Shown: positions 8,672-18,132 of the stretch, one piece after another | Numbering within the stretch: position 1 is the stretch's first letter | Layout: each line of letters begins with the position of its first letter | NCBI GenBank assembly: GCA_964410735.1 | Contig: CAYPIF010000107.1 | Coordinates: forward strand, 6,656 to 70,655 | Reading direction: 5' to 3' | Source of the DNA: an uncultured Thermoplasmatales archaeon | GTDB lineage: Archaea; Thermoplasmatota; E2; DHVEG-1 | DNA: 64,000 nt | Program-made: the position numbers and the translations under genes | Notes under the pieces: model-generated | Database searches by the model: none | The model's input: only the letters and a program-made list of their open reading frames with translations | What the model was told of the DNA's origin: nothing

Positions 8672-10843
8672 CTAGTTTCTCAGATGAAAACAAATATACA
8701 GCACTGGTACCTCTAGGAATGCTTTGTTACCCGACATATCAACTGCGGTGATATTCATGGTAAATCTGTTCAAGCCAAATCCATTCCATTGAATCTCATA
8801 GAGTCCCTTAAATCTGTTGAACTCAAGACGGGTATCCACCTTGTTCTCAACTATTACTGTAACTGCGATGTCCTCCATCTCATCAACATTATCAGCAACC
8901 TCCACCTGTATCGGTTTCCATGAAAATCCTCCAAGAACAACGATCTGGTTTGATGGTAATACTGGTATACCTCTCAGATGAACCCTGTCTGGTTTGGGAT
9001 TGATAAGCTGAAGTGTTGGTGGTTCAACATCATCAGAGTACCCGCCCACATGCAAGCTTGGATCTCCAAGAAGTACAAATTCCTCGATGGTGAACTCATC
9101 AGTGGGTATCTGATATCGATATCTTGTTTGAGCAGCTGCAAACATTTCTCCAAGTTGTATCCCTCGCTCATATGCATCGAAGAACTCCAATGATAGTTTT
9201 TCACATCCGAAATCCTCATCCCCAAAAGCGGTTCGAGTTGCGCCAATGGTCGCTATCGCTCCACCAGGGGGATGCTTGAGAAAACTATATGCAAAACAGG
9301 GTAGTTTTATCGAGGTGTTATAATCCATTATACGTGCGATAATATCAAAGAGCCGATATTGTTTATAATCAAGGACATCCTGAAGCGTAAAATCTAGTTT
9401 TGCAGTAAGACATGCATCAAAGAAGATAATAGGAAGTTCATATCCATTCCTCAAACCATTAACATAAGGTGTAAGGTATGTTTTAAGATGACGGCCATGT
9501 GGTTTGTACGTCCCTAGACCATGTTCGAATCCGTGACCTGAGTAATCTATGAATCCAGCTCCGTTGTTTATCGCCCTGTTTATCGTCCAAGGATGAAAGT
9601 TTCCTTCAGAGGTCCAAATGACCGCGGATGGTGAAAAATCATCCATCATGTCCATAACCAAAAGATTGTGTTTTTCTCCTTCATTACCTGGTTGGAAAAT
9701 GTTAGGGAATGTGTTACCCCCAATGAATATCATCTGATGGAACCAGTCTTGACCAAACGTGTTTTGCTCATATACGATGATCTTATCAACGATGATCGAT
9801 ACTTCTTCAACAGTACTGCAGGGCAATCTTCCTAGATAGACATCGGGGTAAAGATCAACAGTATCTTCACCGGTTTCTCCAAAGACATCATCGTTATCTG
9901 TATCCCAGCTGGAAAAACTTCCATTTCCATCATAGATATCCGCATAATACAGATCTGATAAAACAGGGTGGACCCAATTTCCAAAAATGGAGACGTTCGT
10001 GGTTCGTATCGGTACTTTGTAGATATCTCCAACAAGAAGAACATATGAGACCCCGTGTTGTTCTATCATATCTTTGATATAGTATTTGATTTTCTCAGAT
10101 TGATCTCTTCCAGGATATGTTGATGTTATCTCATCTAGGGGTTGAAATACTGTGTGGGTCCCAATACTTTTTTTATGGTATATCAATGGTGAAAGAGCAT
10201 CCTTATAACTTTCTGGCGCTATGATCACAAGATCAGTATCTGCTGTGCTCGAGCAGAGCATTGGTTCCGTCGGCGCCTCATACTCTACCGTTATATGTAC
10301 CGAGGGAACTGAGGAAATGGTTTGATTTGAGGCGTGATAGGTAACTGGGTATATATGAACGACCACATATTGAACATGTTCTTTGTTCTTGATCCCTGAA
10401 CCTAGATGATATTCATACTGTTGTAGAGGATAGCAGGCATCAGTATCAGAAACACTTTCTATTAATGAGATATTTGCTCTTTGCTGTTCTGAAAGGGTGT
10501 TTTGTATCATAGGCTGTGCAACATATGAAGGTTTATTTTCAAGGGAGAGCCATTTGGCAGCTTGGAACTTACAATCAACAGAGATGACTTTCGTACCAAA
10601 GGGCATGGTGAAAACTTCAACATAAGAGGGAAGATGAGGTTGGTCCGGTTCCGTTGTATGATACAATGTTTCTTCTAATGAGATATTGGTTACATTCTCA
10701 GAGACCTCGATGATTGGGTCTGAGAACGTTATTTCTTTTGAAAATGATTGGGTTGTGACGTCTAAAGTGCTTGTTGCTTGTGAGAAAAAACCTGAATTGA
10801 GTAGAAGGATAAAGAAAAGACCAATGGTAGCGATTTTGTACAT
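8672..10843 (-). CDS. secreted clan-CD cysteine peptidase, gingipain (C25)-like
   Basis: 723 aa. Signal peptide 'GLFFILLLNSGFFSQA'. Candidate catalytic His in 'DYSGHGFEHG' and Cys in 'IIFFDACLT', which parallels the gingipain/clostripain His-Gly ... Ala-Cys dyad. The N-terminal region resembles a C25 propeptide/catalytic domain ('VLLVGD...IP', 'DLYYADIYDG'). The C-terminus is beta-rich. Confidence 0.6.
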   Translation of the reverse strand: MYKIATIGLFFILLLNSGFFSQATSTLDVTTQSFSKEITFSDPIIEVSENVTNISLEETLYHTTEPDQPHLPSYVEVFTMPFGTKVISVDCKFQAAKWLSLENKPSYVAQPMIQNTLSEQQRANISLIESVSDTDACYPLQQYEYHLGSGIKNKEHVQYVVVHIYPVTYHASNQTISSVPSVHITVEYEAPTEPMLCSSTADTDLVIIAPESYKDALSPLIYHKKSIGTHTVFQPLDEITSTYPGRDQSEKIKYYIKDMIEQHGVSYVLLVGDIYKVPIRTTNVSIFGNWVHPVLSDLYYADIYDGNGSFSSWDTDNDDVFGETGEDTVDLYPDVYLGRLPCSTVEEVSIIVDKIIVYEQNTFGQDWFHQMIFIGGNTFPNIFQPGNEGEKHNLLVMDMMDDFSPSAVIWTSEGNFHPWTINRAINNGAGFIDYSGHGFEHGLGTYKPHGRHLKTYLTPYVNGLRNGYELPIIFFDACLTAKLDFTLQDVLDYKQYRLFDIIARIMDYNTSIKLPCFAYSFLKHPPGGAIATIGATRTAFGDEDFGCEKLSLEFFDAYERGIQLGEMFAAAQTRYRYQIPTDEFTIEEFVLLGDPSLHVGGYSDDVEPPTLQLINPKPDRVHLRGIPVLPSNQIVVLGGFSWKPIQVEVADNVDEMEDIAVTVIVENKVDTRLEFNRFKGLYEIQWNGFGLNRFTMNITAVDMSGNKAFLEVPVLYICFHLRN

Positions 10844-10957
10844 ATTTTATAACCCCCTTATACCAATAAGGTAAAGTAGCAACTCTAATATAAAAATATC
10901 TTCCCTTTAGGTATGAAAATCACATTGATTGACCACCCTCTTTTATGTGGTCAACGG

Positions 10958-11083
10958 TTATTCTTCGATCTCATCTTCATCAAGAAAAATCCCAAGTCCC
11001 TCTAATTCTTCAAGTTCAGATGTATCGAGATGAGACCTAAAAGGTTTCTGAAGTTTCTTCTTTTTCTCATCTTTTTCAATCAT
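10958..11083 (-). CDS. hypothetical small acidic protein (41 aa), not in the ORF track
   Basis: ATG at 11083, TAA at 10958-10960. Translation: MIEKDEKKKKLQKPFRSHLDTSELEELEGLGIFLDEDEIEE. No convincing SD. Confidence 0.2.
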   Translation of the reverse strand: MIEKDEKKKKLQKPFRSHLDTSELEELEGLGIFLDEDEIEE

Positions 11084-11241
11084 GACAAATAACCATCATG
11101 GATGTTGTTAGTGATGAATAGAATGCTGATGTTTTTAAGATTTGAGTTGTGTTTCCTCAAGAAACCGTAGATTTTATCAAAGTAAAAAAGGCCAAGTATT
11201 AAATAGAAAACTGTTTTCACTTCTTTGAACCTTACAAAATA

Positions 11242-11866
11242 GTGTACGATACTGTTGATCATATAGACATAGATATTCTTTCAAGCATGAATCTATATCA
11301 GTTTGTCATCCTTCCATTGCTCATCTTTTTCGCCAGGATCTGTGACGTAAGTCTTGGTACCATTCGTATCAGCTTTACCTCTAAAGGCATCAAATATCTT
11401 GCACCACTCATTGGATTCTTTGAGATCTTTATTTGGTTGTTGGCAATAGGACAAATCATGCAGAATCTTACAAATGTGTACTATTATTTCTTCTATGCCA
11501 GAGGGTTTACAACAGGGAATTTCGTCGGAATCCTTCTTGATGAGAAACTTTCCATTGGCACCGTTGGGATTCGTATCATCACAAAACATGATGCAAAGAA
11601 GCTCGTTGAAACATTGAAACAACGGAACTAAGGTATCTCTTTTGTTGATGGTGAAGGCATGAATGGAAAGATAAAGATCATTTACACAGTAATAGCACGT
11701 CAGAACATTTTCCGATGTCCTTAAAATCGTTAAACAGTATACTCCTAGTGTTTTTTATTCAATTGAGGATACCCGATTTGTCAATGAGGTTTTATCCCCG
11801 TCCGTTTCACCTCCCTGGAAAAAACCTTATGATATCCTGTTCAGACATTACCGGAAAGGAAAATGA
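11242..11866 (+). pseudogene. disrupted UPF0316/DUF2179-family membrane protein gene (in-frame TAA plus a later frame change)
   Basis: ORF 11242-11631 encodes the TM N-terminus and the start of the DUF2179 domain, ending at TAA 11629-11631. The same frame continues immediately with the conserved 'GISFVDGEGMNGKIKIIYTVIARQ', then stops at 11728-11730. The conserved C-terminal stretch 'KIVKQYTPSVFYSIEDTRFV' (compare 'IDEIDPNAFISVSDVRSV' in UPF0316 proteins) is found in a shifted frame, ending at TGA 11864-11866. Confidence 0.55.
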
Positions 11867-11877
11867 TACCAGCTTCA

Positions 11878-12330
11878 TTACGTTTCATGACCATTAGTTT
11901 GATGACGTAGATGGTTCACCATTGTTCGGGTACCGTAATACTTTTTTGTTGCACCCATATCTGAAAGTAAGGAGAAGAACAATGTTTTCACCTCTGCGAG
12001 CTCAGAATCATCCATACCATTCGATGTGTTATACGGACATTCAAGGCCCTCTGCAACACCTTGTAACCGACAAACAAGTGGCCTAACCGGGTAGATACGA
12101 CAACCGTCATCTGAAAGATAGGGGCATTGCATATGATGTTTTTTGAATTCCTCATTATCCCATTGGATATAAGGCATATCATGCTGTTCTAGGTATGATC
12201 GAATACGCATTTCCTCTGGCTCAAACCATATGATAGGTCCACAGCATACATGGCAATGATGACAGTCCATCGTTGGAATACGTGAATAAATATGGTCGAG
12301 TCGATTGAAAATCTCATCTTTAGTGATCAT
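11878..12330 (-). CDS. YkgJ-family (UPF0153) Fe-S/zinc-chelating CxxCxxCC domain protein
   Basis: 150 aa. 'CHHCHVCCGP' (CxxCxxCC) plus downstream Cys 'CPYLSDDGCRIYPVRPLVCR'. Confidence 0.7.
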   Translation of the reverse strand: MITKDEIFNRLDHIYSRIPTMDCHHCHVCCGPIIWFEPEEMRIRSYLEQHDMPYIQWDNEEFKKHHMQCPYLSDDGCRIYPVRPLVCRLQGVAEGLECPYNTSNGMDDSELAEVKTLFFSLLSDMGATKKYYGTRTMVNHLRHQTNGHET

Positions 12331-12344
12331 ATGTTATCGCTCTT

Positions 12345-12355
12345 AAAAAAAAAAA
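12345..12355 (-). terminator. oligo-T tract (11 T on the minus strand) downstream of the thermosome gene
   Basis: A11 run on the plus strand, 72 nt past the thermosome stop. This is the archaeal oligo-T terminator type. Confidence 0.35.
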
Positions 12356-12426
12356 TCAATTGTCACCGTTGTCTTACCAAGCTCTCAAGTTTAACTGATT
12401 AAATGAAGAGGGAAAAAAGAATTGGA

Positions 12427-14055
12427 TCATTCGAATCCCTCATCGTCACCCCCATAACCGCCTGATGTTGCTGAATGAGATCCCTTAGCGCTGATAACAT
12501 CATCAATCCGTAGGATCATACGTGCTGCCTCTGAAGCAGATGATATCTGTTGACGGCTGACCCGTAATGGTTCGACAATGTGAAGTTTTACCATGTCATC
12601 GACGGTCCCCGTCTCGACATTTATTCCTGCGTATTTGTTCCCTTTTTTATGCGCAGTTCTCATCTCAAGTATCATGTTGATTGGATCCAAGCCCGCATTT
12701 TCAGCAAGTGTCCGCGGAATAATCTCAAGTGCATTGGCAAAGGATTCGATAGCCATCTGCTCACGTCCTCCAACGGTCATTGAATAATTCCTTAGAGCTA
12801 ACGCAAGTTCAGCAGCGGTTGCACCGCCACCTGCAGCGATCTTTTGATCCTCCACTGCTATTTTTACAACTGACAAAGCATCATGAACAGCTCGTTCTAT
12901 ATCATCAACAACATGTTCGGTACTCCCACGAAGCAAAATGGATACCGCCTTAGGGTTTTTACAATCAGTTGCAAGGATCATTTTTTCATCCCCTATGAAT
13001 CGCTCCTCGACAGTTCCTGCGTATCCAAGGTCCTTTGATGTTAGGCCATCAAGGTTCGCTACGATCTTTGCACTAGTTGCCTTTGCCAGTTTTTTCATAT
13101 CGGTTTCTTTTACACTTGCTATAGATAAGATGCCTTTTTTTACAAGAAAATGTTGAGCGATATCGTCAATGGATTTCTCACAGAAAACCACATTTGCCCC
13201 ACTTTCACCCACCTTTTCAACCATATATGTTATCATCTTTTCCTCTTCGTCAAGGAATGCCTGTAACTGTGATGGATCTTGTATCTGTATACGTGCATCG
13301 ACCTCGGTTTTCTTTATTTCAAATGCTGTATTAATTAATGCGATCTTTGCATCAACTACTTTTGATGGCATAGCATGATGAGGCTTTTGTTTATCAAGGA
13401 TTATCCCCTTGATCATCTCTGTTTTTTCGATACCCGCACCTTGTTTCTTCTCTATTTTAATATTTCCAAGGTCCACATGGATATGGTCGTTCTGTTTTTC
13501 AGATATAGCGATAACTGATGAAACGGCAATATGAGCAAGAAGGTCTTTAGCGGAACGGGCACTTTTACTCGCCATTGACGTCCTTGCAATATGCTCCAAT
13601 GTCTTTGTATCATCGAATTTCAAGGGGATAGCAATTGAGTCTAGTGCTTCTATCGCCTTTTTCGCTGCAAGTTTATAGCCTGCATTTATGACCGTTGGAT
13701 GGATATGTTGATCTAAAAGATTTTGCGATTGTTTTAGGAGTTCACCAGCAAGAATGACTGCAGTGGTGGTTCCATCGCCGCATTCCTCATCCTGGGTCTT
13801 AGCGACTTCAACAATCATCCGTGCTGATGGATGTTCTATTTCGATCTCTTTTAAGATAGTGGCACCATCATTTGTGATGATAACGTCACCGCTTGAGTCA
13901 ACAAGCATTTTATCCATACCTTTTGGTCCAAGTGTTGATTTTATGGTGTCTGCTATTGCTACAGCTGCAGCGATATTGTTTGACTGTGCGTTTTTTCCTT
14001 TTTCTCTTGTTGTTCCTTCTTTTAGGATGATTATGGGTTGATTACCAAGCATCAT
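12427..14055 (-). CDS. ths: thermosome subunit (group II chaperonin)
   Basis: The region contains canonical '[10 protein letters not shown]', '[11 protein letters not shown]', '[15 protein letters not shown]' and a C-terminal GGY/GGDD tail. The ORF track extends to 14157, but GGAGGTGA lies 9 nt upstream of the ATG ATG at 14055/14052, so the shorter start is preferred. Confidence 0.95.
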   Translation of the reverse strand: MMLGNQPIIILKEGTTREKGKNAQSNNIAAAVAIADTIKSTLGPKGMDKMLVDSSGDVIITNDGATILKEIEIEHPSARMIVEVAKTQDEECGDGTTTAVILAGELLKQSQNLLDQHIHPTVINAGYKLAAKKAIEALDSIAIPLKFDDTKTLEHIARTSMASKSARSAKDLLAHIAVSSVIAISEKQNDHIHVDLGNIKIEKKQGAGIEKTEMIKGIILDKQKPHHAMPSKVVDAKIALINTAFEIKKTEVDARIQIQDPSQLQAFLDEEEKMITYMVEKVGESGANVVFCEKSIDDIAQHFLVKKGILSIASVKETDMKKLAKATSAKIVANLDGLTSKDLGYAGTVEERFIGDEKMILATDCKNPKAVSILLRGSTEHVVDDIERAVHDALSVVKIAVEDQKIAAGGGATAAELALALRNYSMTVGGREQMAIESFANALEIIPRTLAENAGLDPINMILEMRTAHKKGNKYAGINVETGTVDDMVKLHIVEPLRVSRQQISSASEAARMILRIDDVISAKGSHSATSGGYGGDDEGFE

Positions 14056-14286
14056 ATACTCGCTCACCTCCAAAGATGATAGCTTATCAAAAAGCGAGAG
14101 GATCTCAGCCAGCCATCTTTTGGTTCTTTGGTTCGATACATCACACGAGCCGATCAAAATAACATCAAACGGAGCGTCTTCTTAAAAATAACCAGAAGAA
14201 TCCTTTGTAAAAATACAAAAAAAACTCGCAATATGAGATTTTTTCATTAAAAAGCAAGGAAAGAGCAAAGAGTATATCTTATATGG

Positions 14287-14742
14287 TTAAGGGATTTCCA
14301 GCGGTGAAATGAACTCTTGATCGGCTTGTAAAACCGTTATGATCTCCTCATTTATCATCCCTAACGGAAGGAGTTGGTTCTTGATGATCTCTTTAAGATG
14401 CGTATAGGATGGTGCAACGATGAAGATTGCGAGACGTTGTTCCCCTGAAATCTGATAGACGCGTAAGACATTCTTTACCTTTTTGATCTTCTCGGTTAAA
14501 TTATCAAGATCTCCAGATTTATCGGGATTTCCAAGAATAATAGCAAAAAAGTTCAATCCCAATGCAGTTTTATTAATGAGTGCAGTATAACCCTGGATGA
14601 TACCCACTCGTTCCATTGCTTTGATTCTGTCACGTATGGTTGTTTCTGATCGATGTAGTTCCTCTGCAATCTCCTTATAGGTCATTCTCGCATCTTTTTG
14701 CAAGAGAAATAATATTTTTTTGTTGATAGTATCTATCTTCAT
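14287..14742 (-). CDS. Lrp/AsnC-family transcriptional regulator
   Basis: 151 aa. HTH 'MTYKEIAEELHRSETTIRDRIKAMERVGII' and a C-terminal RAM domain. Confidence 0.85.
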   Translation of the reverse strand: MKIDTINKKILFLLQKDARMTYKEIAEELHRSETTIRDRIKAMERVGIIQGYTALINKTALGLNFFAIILGNPDKSGDLDNLTEKIKKVKNVLRVYQISGEQRLAIFIVAPSYTHLKEIIKNQLLPLGMINEEIITVLQADQEFISPLEIP

Positions 14743-14820
14743 AGTCTCTACATTGATAAGTGAAATCTACTTATTTATAAATACGTATAGAAAAAAAAAG
14801 GAAGAAGAAGAAGAAGATGG

Positions 14821-14907
14821 CTATCGATATTCTTCCTCGTCTTCATCCTCATACCATTTTTCTTTTTGTGGTTCCTCATCCTCATCCAATTTACGTCGAT
14901 GTTTCAT
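14821..14907 (-). CDS. candidate 28-aa highly charged peptide (MKHRRKLDEDEEPQKEKWYEDEDEEEYR), not in the ORF track
   Basis: ATG at 14907 is preceded by GGAGG 7 nt upstream; stop TAG at 14821-14823. It lies 79 nt upstream of, and co-oriented with, the Lrp gene. The plus-strand low-complexity ORF 14720-14968 is its antisense artefact. Confidence 0.3.
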   Translation of the reverse strand: MKHRRKLDEDEEPQKEKWYEDEDEEEYR

Positions 14908-15123
14908 TTTCGTACCTCCAACATATAGGTATGTATTGTTGACGTTCGATGACCGCATCATTAAATAAATTGATAAATATTAACCGCATGTTTCAAGGTA
15001 AAAAAGGGTAAAAATACTCTAAAAACAACCTATTTTTACGGGATTTTACAATTTTACATTTATTTCGTAGAAAAACATATAAAAAATAAGGTGATGTAAT
15101 TCATATAAACGGGAAGTGAGCAC

Positions 15124-15564
15124 ATGGGTGAAAACAAAAGTATACTTTCATTAATGATAGAGGAACATAAGAAAATTGAATCACTTGTTGACACACTTGA
15201 TGAACGTGTCGATGGCGAATATGATAAGATGAAAGAAGCATTTTCTCTGATGGAATGGCAACTTGAAAAACATCTTTTTCTGGAGGAAAAAGCAATTTTT
15301 ACCATGTACGAACCGGAAGACATCAACCAAGGCTATAATATGCTTCCAACTGTAACAACCCATCATAACGAGATTCTGGACAAACTCGGTTTGATGAGAC
15401 GGTCGATTCAGAATGGACAAACCCCTCAAGACCTCTACAAATTCAAGAAATTCCTTATCGTACATCGAACATTTGAAGAAAAGGACCTCTATCCAAAATT
15501 AGAAGATGTTCTCACTGATGCCCAAAAAGAAATAATAATCGAAAGGATTAATGAAATAATATAG
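15124..15564 (+). CDS. hemerythrin-like (HHE cation-binding) domain protein
   Basis: 146 aa. Four-helix-bundle pattern with His/Glu ligands ('EEHKKIE', 'HHNEILDKL', 'HRTFEEKDLYP'). Confidence 0.7.
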   Translation: MGENKSILSLMIEEHKKIESLVDTLDERVDGEYDKMKEAFSLMEWQLEKHLFLEEKAIFTMYEPEDINQGYNMLPTVTTHHNEILDKLGLMRRSIQNGQTPQDLYKFKKFLIVHRTFEEKDLYPKLEDVLTDAQKEIIIERINEII

Positions 15565-15579
15565 GATGGTTTATACCAT

Positions 15580-15771
15580 ATGAGTGAAAAAAAAGGATAT
15601 CAATGTAACACCTGTAAGAAAACAAAGATCGTGGATGATGATACGATTCCAACCTGCTGTGGCCAACAGATGAAACAAGTGCCACTAGATATCTGCATGC
15701 AACCATCACATGCAGAACATGCTCGGCCGATGGACGATGAAGAGCCCTGTGACGACTTTCGAGCAGGGTAA
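15580..15771 (+). CDS. desulforedoxin-like small metal-binding protein
   Basis: 63 aa. 'YQCNTCKK...TCCGQQMKQV' matches the desulforedoxin CxxC...CCG.xM signature. It is tandem with the hemerythrin gene. Confidence 0.5.
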   Translation: MSEKKGYQCNTCKKTKIVDDDTIPTCCGQQMKQVPLDICMQPSHAEHARPMDDEEPCDDFRAG

Positions 15772-15795
15772 TGCCACACAATAAACTAGGGAACA

Positions 15796-16323
15796 TTATT
15801 TTGAAAAGATCTCAAATCGATCCTTTGTCGCCCTACAGATAGGGCATCGTTCTGGAGGCTGTTCACGAGCACAGAGATACCCGCAGACCCTGCAACGCCA
15901 TACAACGATAGCATCATCGGTCTTCAAAGATAATTTTTGAGCGCTTTTTGCTTGTTTTCTTTTCAATCGAACTTCTTTTGAGGGGCGACGTTCAGGGATT
16001 GGTTCAACCTGTTTTTTTCCATTTACAATATCTTCTGAGACATACAGACCACAGTAACAGGAACCATATTCATCAATATCCTTGTCACGATAATCACAGG
16101 GACAGATGATATCCAGATCGTCTTGTTTCATACCCATCGAAAGACGACAGGGACATGCTTGATACCCATAGCGGTGTTGATTAACTATAAGGCTTCGTAC
16201 AAGGTCCTTGGTGAACTCTACATCAGGGTTCAAATGATACCCCGCTGCCTCCGTCTCTTTTTTAAGCCGATCATAGAATTTAGTAATATCCGATTCAGGG
16301 ATATCAATTGTTTTTTCATTCAT
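15796..16323 (-). CDS. ferredoxin:thioredoxin-reductase catalytic-subunit-like protein fused to a C-terminal rubredoxin domain (FDR-type)
   Basis: 175 aa. FTR-like 'CPCRL...CPCDY...CYCGLY' cysteine set. C-terminal rubredoxin 'WRCRVCGY...CPICRA'. Confidence 0.7.
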   Translation of the reverse strand: MNEKTIDIPESDITKFYDRLKKETEAAGYHLNPDVEFTKDLVRSLIVNQHRYGYQACPCRLSMGMKQDDLDIICPCDYRDKDIDEYGSCYCGLYVSEDIVNGKKQVEPIPERRPSKEVRLKRKQAKSAQKLSLKTDDAIVVWRCRVCGYLCAREQPPERCPICRATKDRFEIFSK

Positions 16324-16601
16324 GCAAACAACTCCCGGATCTTATCTTCCTTAAAACCAATGATGGACTCCTTTTCATTGATGACTATGGTTGGAAATGA
16401 TCCATAGGGATTCCATTTCTCGATCTCATCCATCACCGCATCTCTCGCATTACCCTCTAAAAGATCTACATATATATATTCATATGAAACTCCAAGTTTT
16501 TCAAGGAGTTTTCGTGTTTTTTTACACCAGACACAAGTGCTCAATGCATACAGTCGTATCTGACCTTTCTCCGTTCCTGTAACATACGTATATTCAATCA
16601 T
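16320..16601 (-). CDS. glutaredoxin-like (NrdH/YruB-type) thiol-disulfide oxidoreductase
   Basis: 93 aa. 'CVWC' active site in a thioredoxin fold. It overlaps the FTR-like gene by 4 nt. Confidence 0.75.
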   Translation of the reverse strand: MIEYTYVTGTEKGQIRLYALSTCVWCKKTRKLLEKLGVSYEYIYVDLLEGNARDAVMDEIEKWNPYGSFPTIVINEKESIIGFKEDKIRELFA

Positions 16602-17167
16602 TCTCTATCCACCTTAGTAAATCTATTATTATGCACGAACGCTGAAAATGGTTTTCTCAATGGCCTTTGAATTTCCTGTTCCTTTTGGTTATCAGATAAT
16701 ACCGGTTTTATCCTATCCGCATGTTTTCCCACAATGATCAATGCAATCACCTGCAAATCATCAGGAATAGAAAGTATCTGTCTTGTTTTCTTTGGACTGT
16801 ATCCTGCGATAGGATGAGCGACAAGGCCTAACTCTGTTGCTTGAAGGATCAAAAAACCAGTTGCGATACCCGTGTCAAAAAGATAGTATTCACGATCATA
16901 GATCACACAATCATCAGGTTTTTTTGCACAGACCGCTATATACATCGATGCATCATATGCCCATTCATTTCCCTTTGATAATGCAGCATGCATCTCATCA
17001 AGCTTTTCTTTCGAATGGACAAAGACATAATGCCATGGTTGATTATTGAAACAGGATGGTGCAAGTTGCGCAGCAGCCGCAAGTTGTTCGATGAGTTCTT
17101 TATCTATTTTAACAGAGTCTAATGAGCGGTACGCCCGTCTTTTTTCAATGATCTCTGTTACACTCAT
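16598..17167 (-). CDS. nitroreductase-family flavoprotein
   Basis: 189 aa. 'SCFNNQPWHYVFV' and 'DTGIATGFLILQATELG'. Confidence 0.8.
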   Translation of the reverse strand: MSVTEIIEKRRAYRSLDSVKIDKELIEQLAAAAQLAPSCFNNQPWHYVFVHSKEKLDEMHAALSKGNEWAYDASMYIAVCAKKPDDCVIYDREYYLFDTGIATGFLILQATELGLVAHPIAGYSPKKTRQILSIPDDLQVIALIIVGKHADRIKPVLSDNQKEQEIQRPLRKPFSAFVHNNRFTKVDRE

Positions 17168-17193
17168 TCGTTTTCACAACTAAGATATCTCTC

Positions 17194-18132
17194 TCATCGT
17201 AACAAACCCTGGATAATGATATCAGTTGCCTTCTCTTCATCAAGTCCACGGGCCATAAGGGTCTGTAATTGTTTAGTGTCCACACTGCCCAGGGATGCCT
17301 CATGGGTGATATGTGCCTTAGAATGATTCACTTTCACAATTGGGATCGCACTTACAATTCCATTATCCTGAACTATCTCCTTACAATCAACATGGCCTCG
17401 TGCATACGGTGCGGAGGCTGTAAGTTCACTATATACCTCAGCATTTGCAGAGTCTCGTACTGCAACTCTTGAAAGTAATACTCCATGAGCATGTTCGCCT
17501 TTCAGATGTCCTTTCTCTTTGATACGGACTTCATCAGTATGGGTCGCATTGACACGTGCATTCATTTCAAGGACACTATATGATTCAGCGATTGTCTCAT
17601 AATCAATGTCTATCTTTCCAACACGGCCTTTTAGGAGTTCAAAATCTGTCTTGTACCGCGCATGATCAAGAAGATGGATCTTTGATTTTGGTACAACAGT
17701 GATACCACCTGTGTTGCCATGAACATGTCGTTCTATATAAGAATATGATGCATGTTTACCTATGGTAATGGATGCATCCATAAGATGTTGGATATCAACC
17801 GCGTTAGGGAATGTACAATGTGCAAGGACCTGCATCGATGCATTATCCTCAATTTGTATATCCATGTTAATTCGTTGTATGCCTTGTTTATGCATTACTC
17901 CAAAACACATATGGACCGGCTGAGCAACAACTGTTCCTTTTTGTAATATAACCTTTAAAGATACTCCATCTTCAAGTTCTTCAGGTTCTATGATCAAACC
18001 TGGGACTGCATGGAGTCCGACAACCTTGTTATGATGTATAAAAAGATGAGCAATATCCTTTCTTTTGAAGATATCATGTTCGATACCAGATGCATCAGAT
18101 AACATTGTCTTTAATTTGTTCTCCTCGCTCAT
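17194..18132 (-). CDS. sufD: Fe-S cluster assembly protein SufB/SufD family
   Basis: 312 aa. It has a SufBD C-terminal beta-helix region and overlaps the sufC stop. Confidence 0.75.
   Translation of the reverse strand: MSEENKLKTMLSDASGIEHDIFKRKDIAHLFIHHNKVVGLHAVPGLIIEPEELEDGVSLKVILQKGTVVAQPVHMCFGVMHKQGIQRINMDIQIEDNASMQVLAHCTFPNAVDIQHLMDASITIGKHASYSYIERHVHGNTGGITVVPKSKIHLLDHARYKTDFELLKGRVGKIDIDYETIAESYSVLEMNARVNATHTDEVRIKEKGHLKGEHAHGVLLSRVAVRDSANAEVYSELTASAPYARGHVDCKEIVQDNGIVSAIPIVKVNHSKAHITHEASLGSVDTKQLQTLMARGLDEEKATDIIIQGLLR

Noticed and set aside
11629-11631. Alternative genetic code (TAA read-through) suggested by conserved sequence across a stop in the UPF0316 gene.
   Set aside because: Only this gene shows it, and it also has a frame change. 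About 70 other genes terminate normally, so pseudogenisation is the simpler explanation.
12427-14157. Long N-terminal extensions in the ORF track for the thermosome, SufC (19031), hycI (31113), hdrA (40455), 4-HBD (43989), the Fur-family gene (24762) and BCCP (36799).
   Set aside because: In each case an internal ATG/GTG with a GGAGG-like RBS gives the canonical family N-terminus and removes an overlap with the upstream gene. The longer forms are maximal-ORF artefacts.
14720-14968. Plus-strand 82-aa ORF with a KKKEEEEE/SSSSSS low-complexity translation.
   Set aside because: It is a product of a GAA/GAG-rich tract. The plausible coding signal is the short minus-strand ORF 14821-14907, which has a GGAGG RBS.
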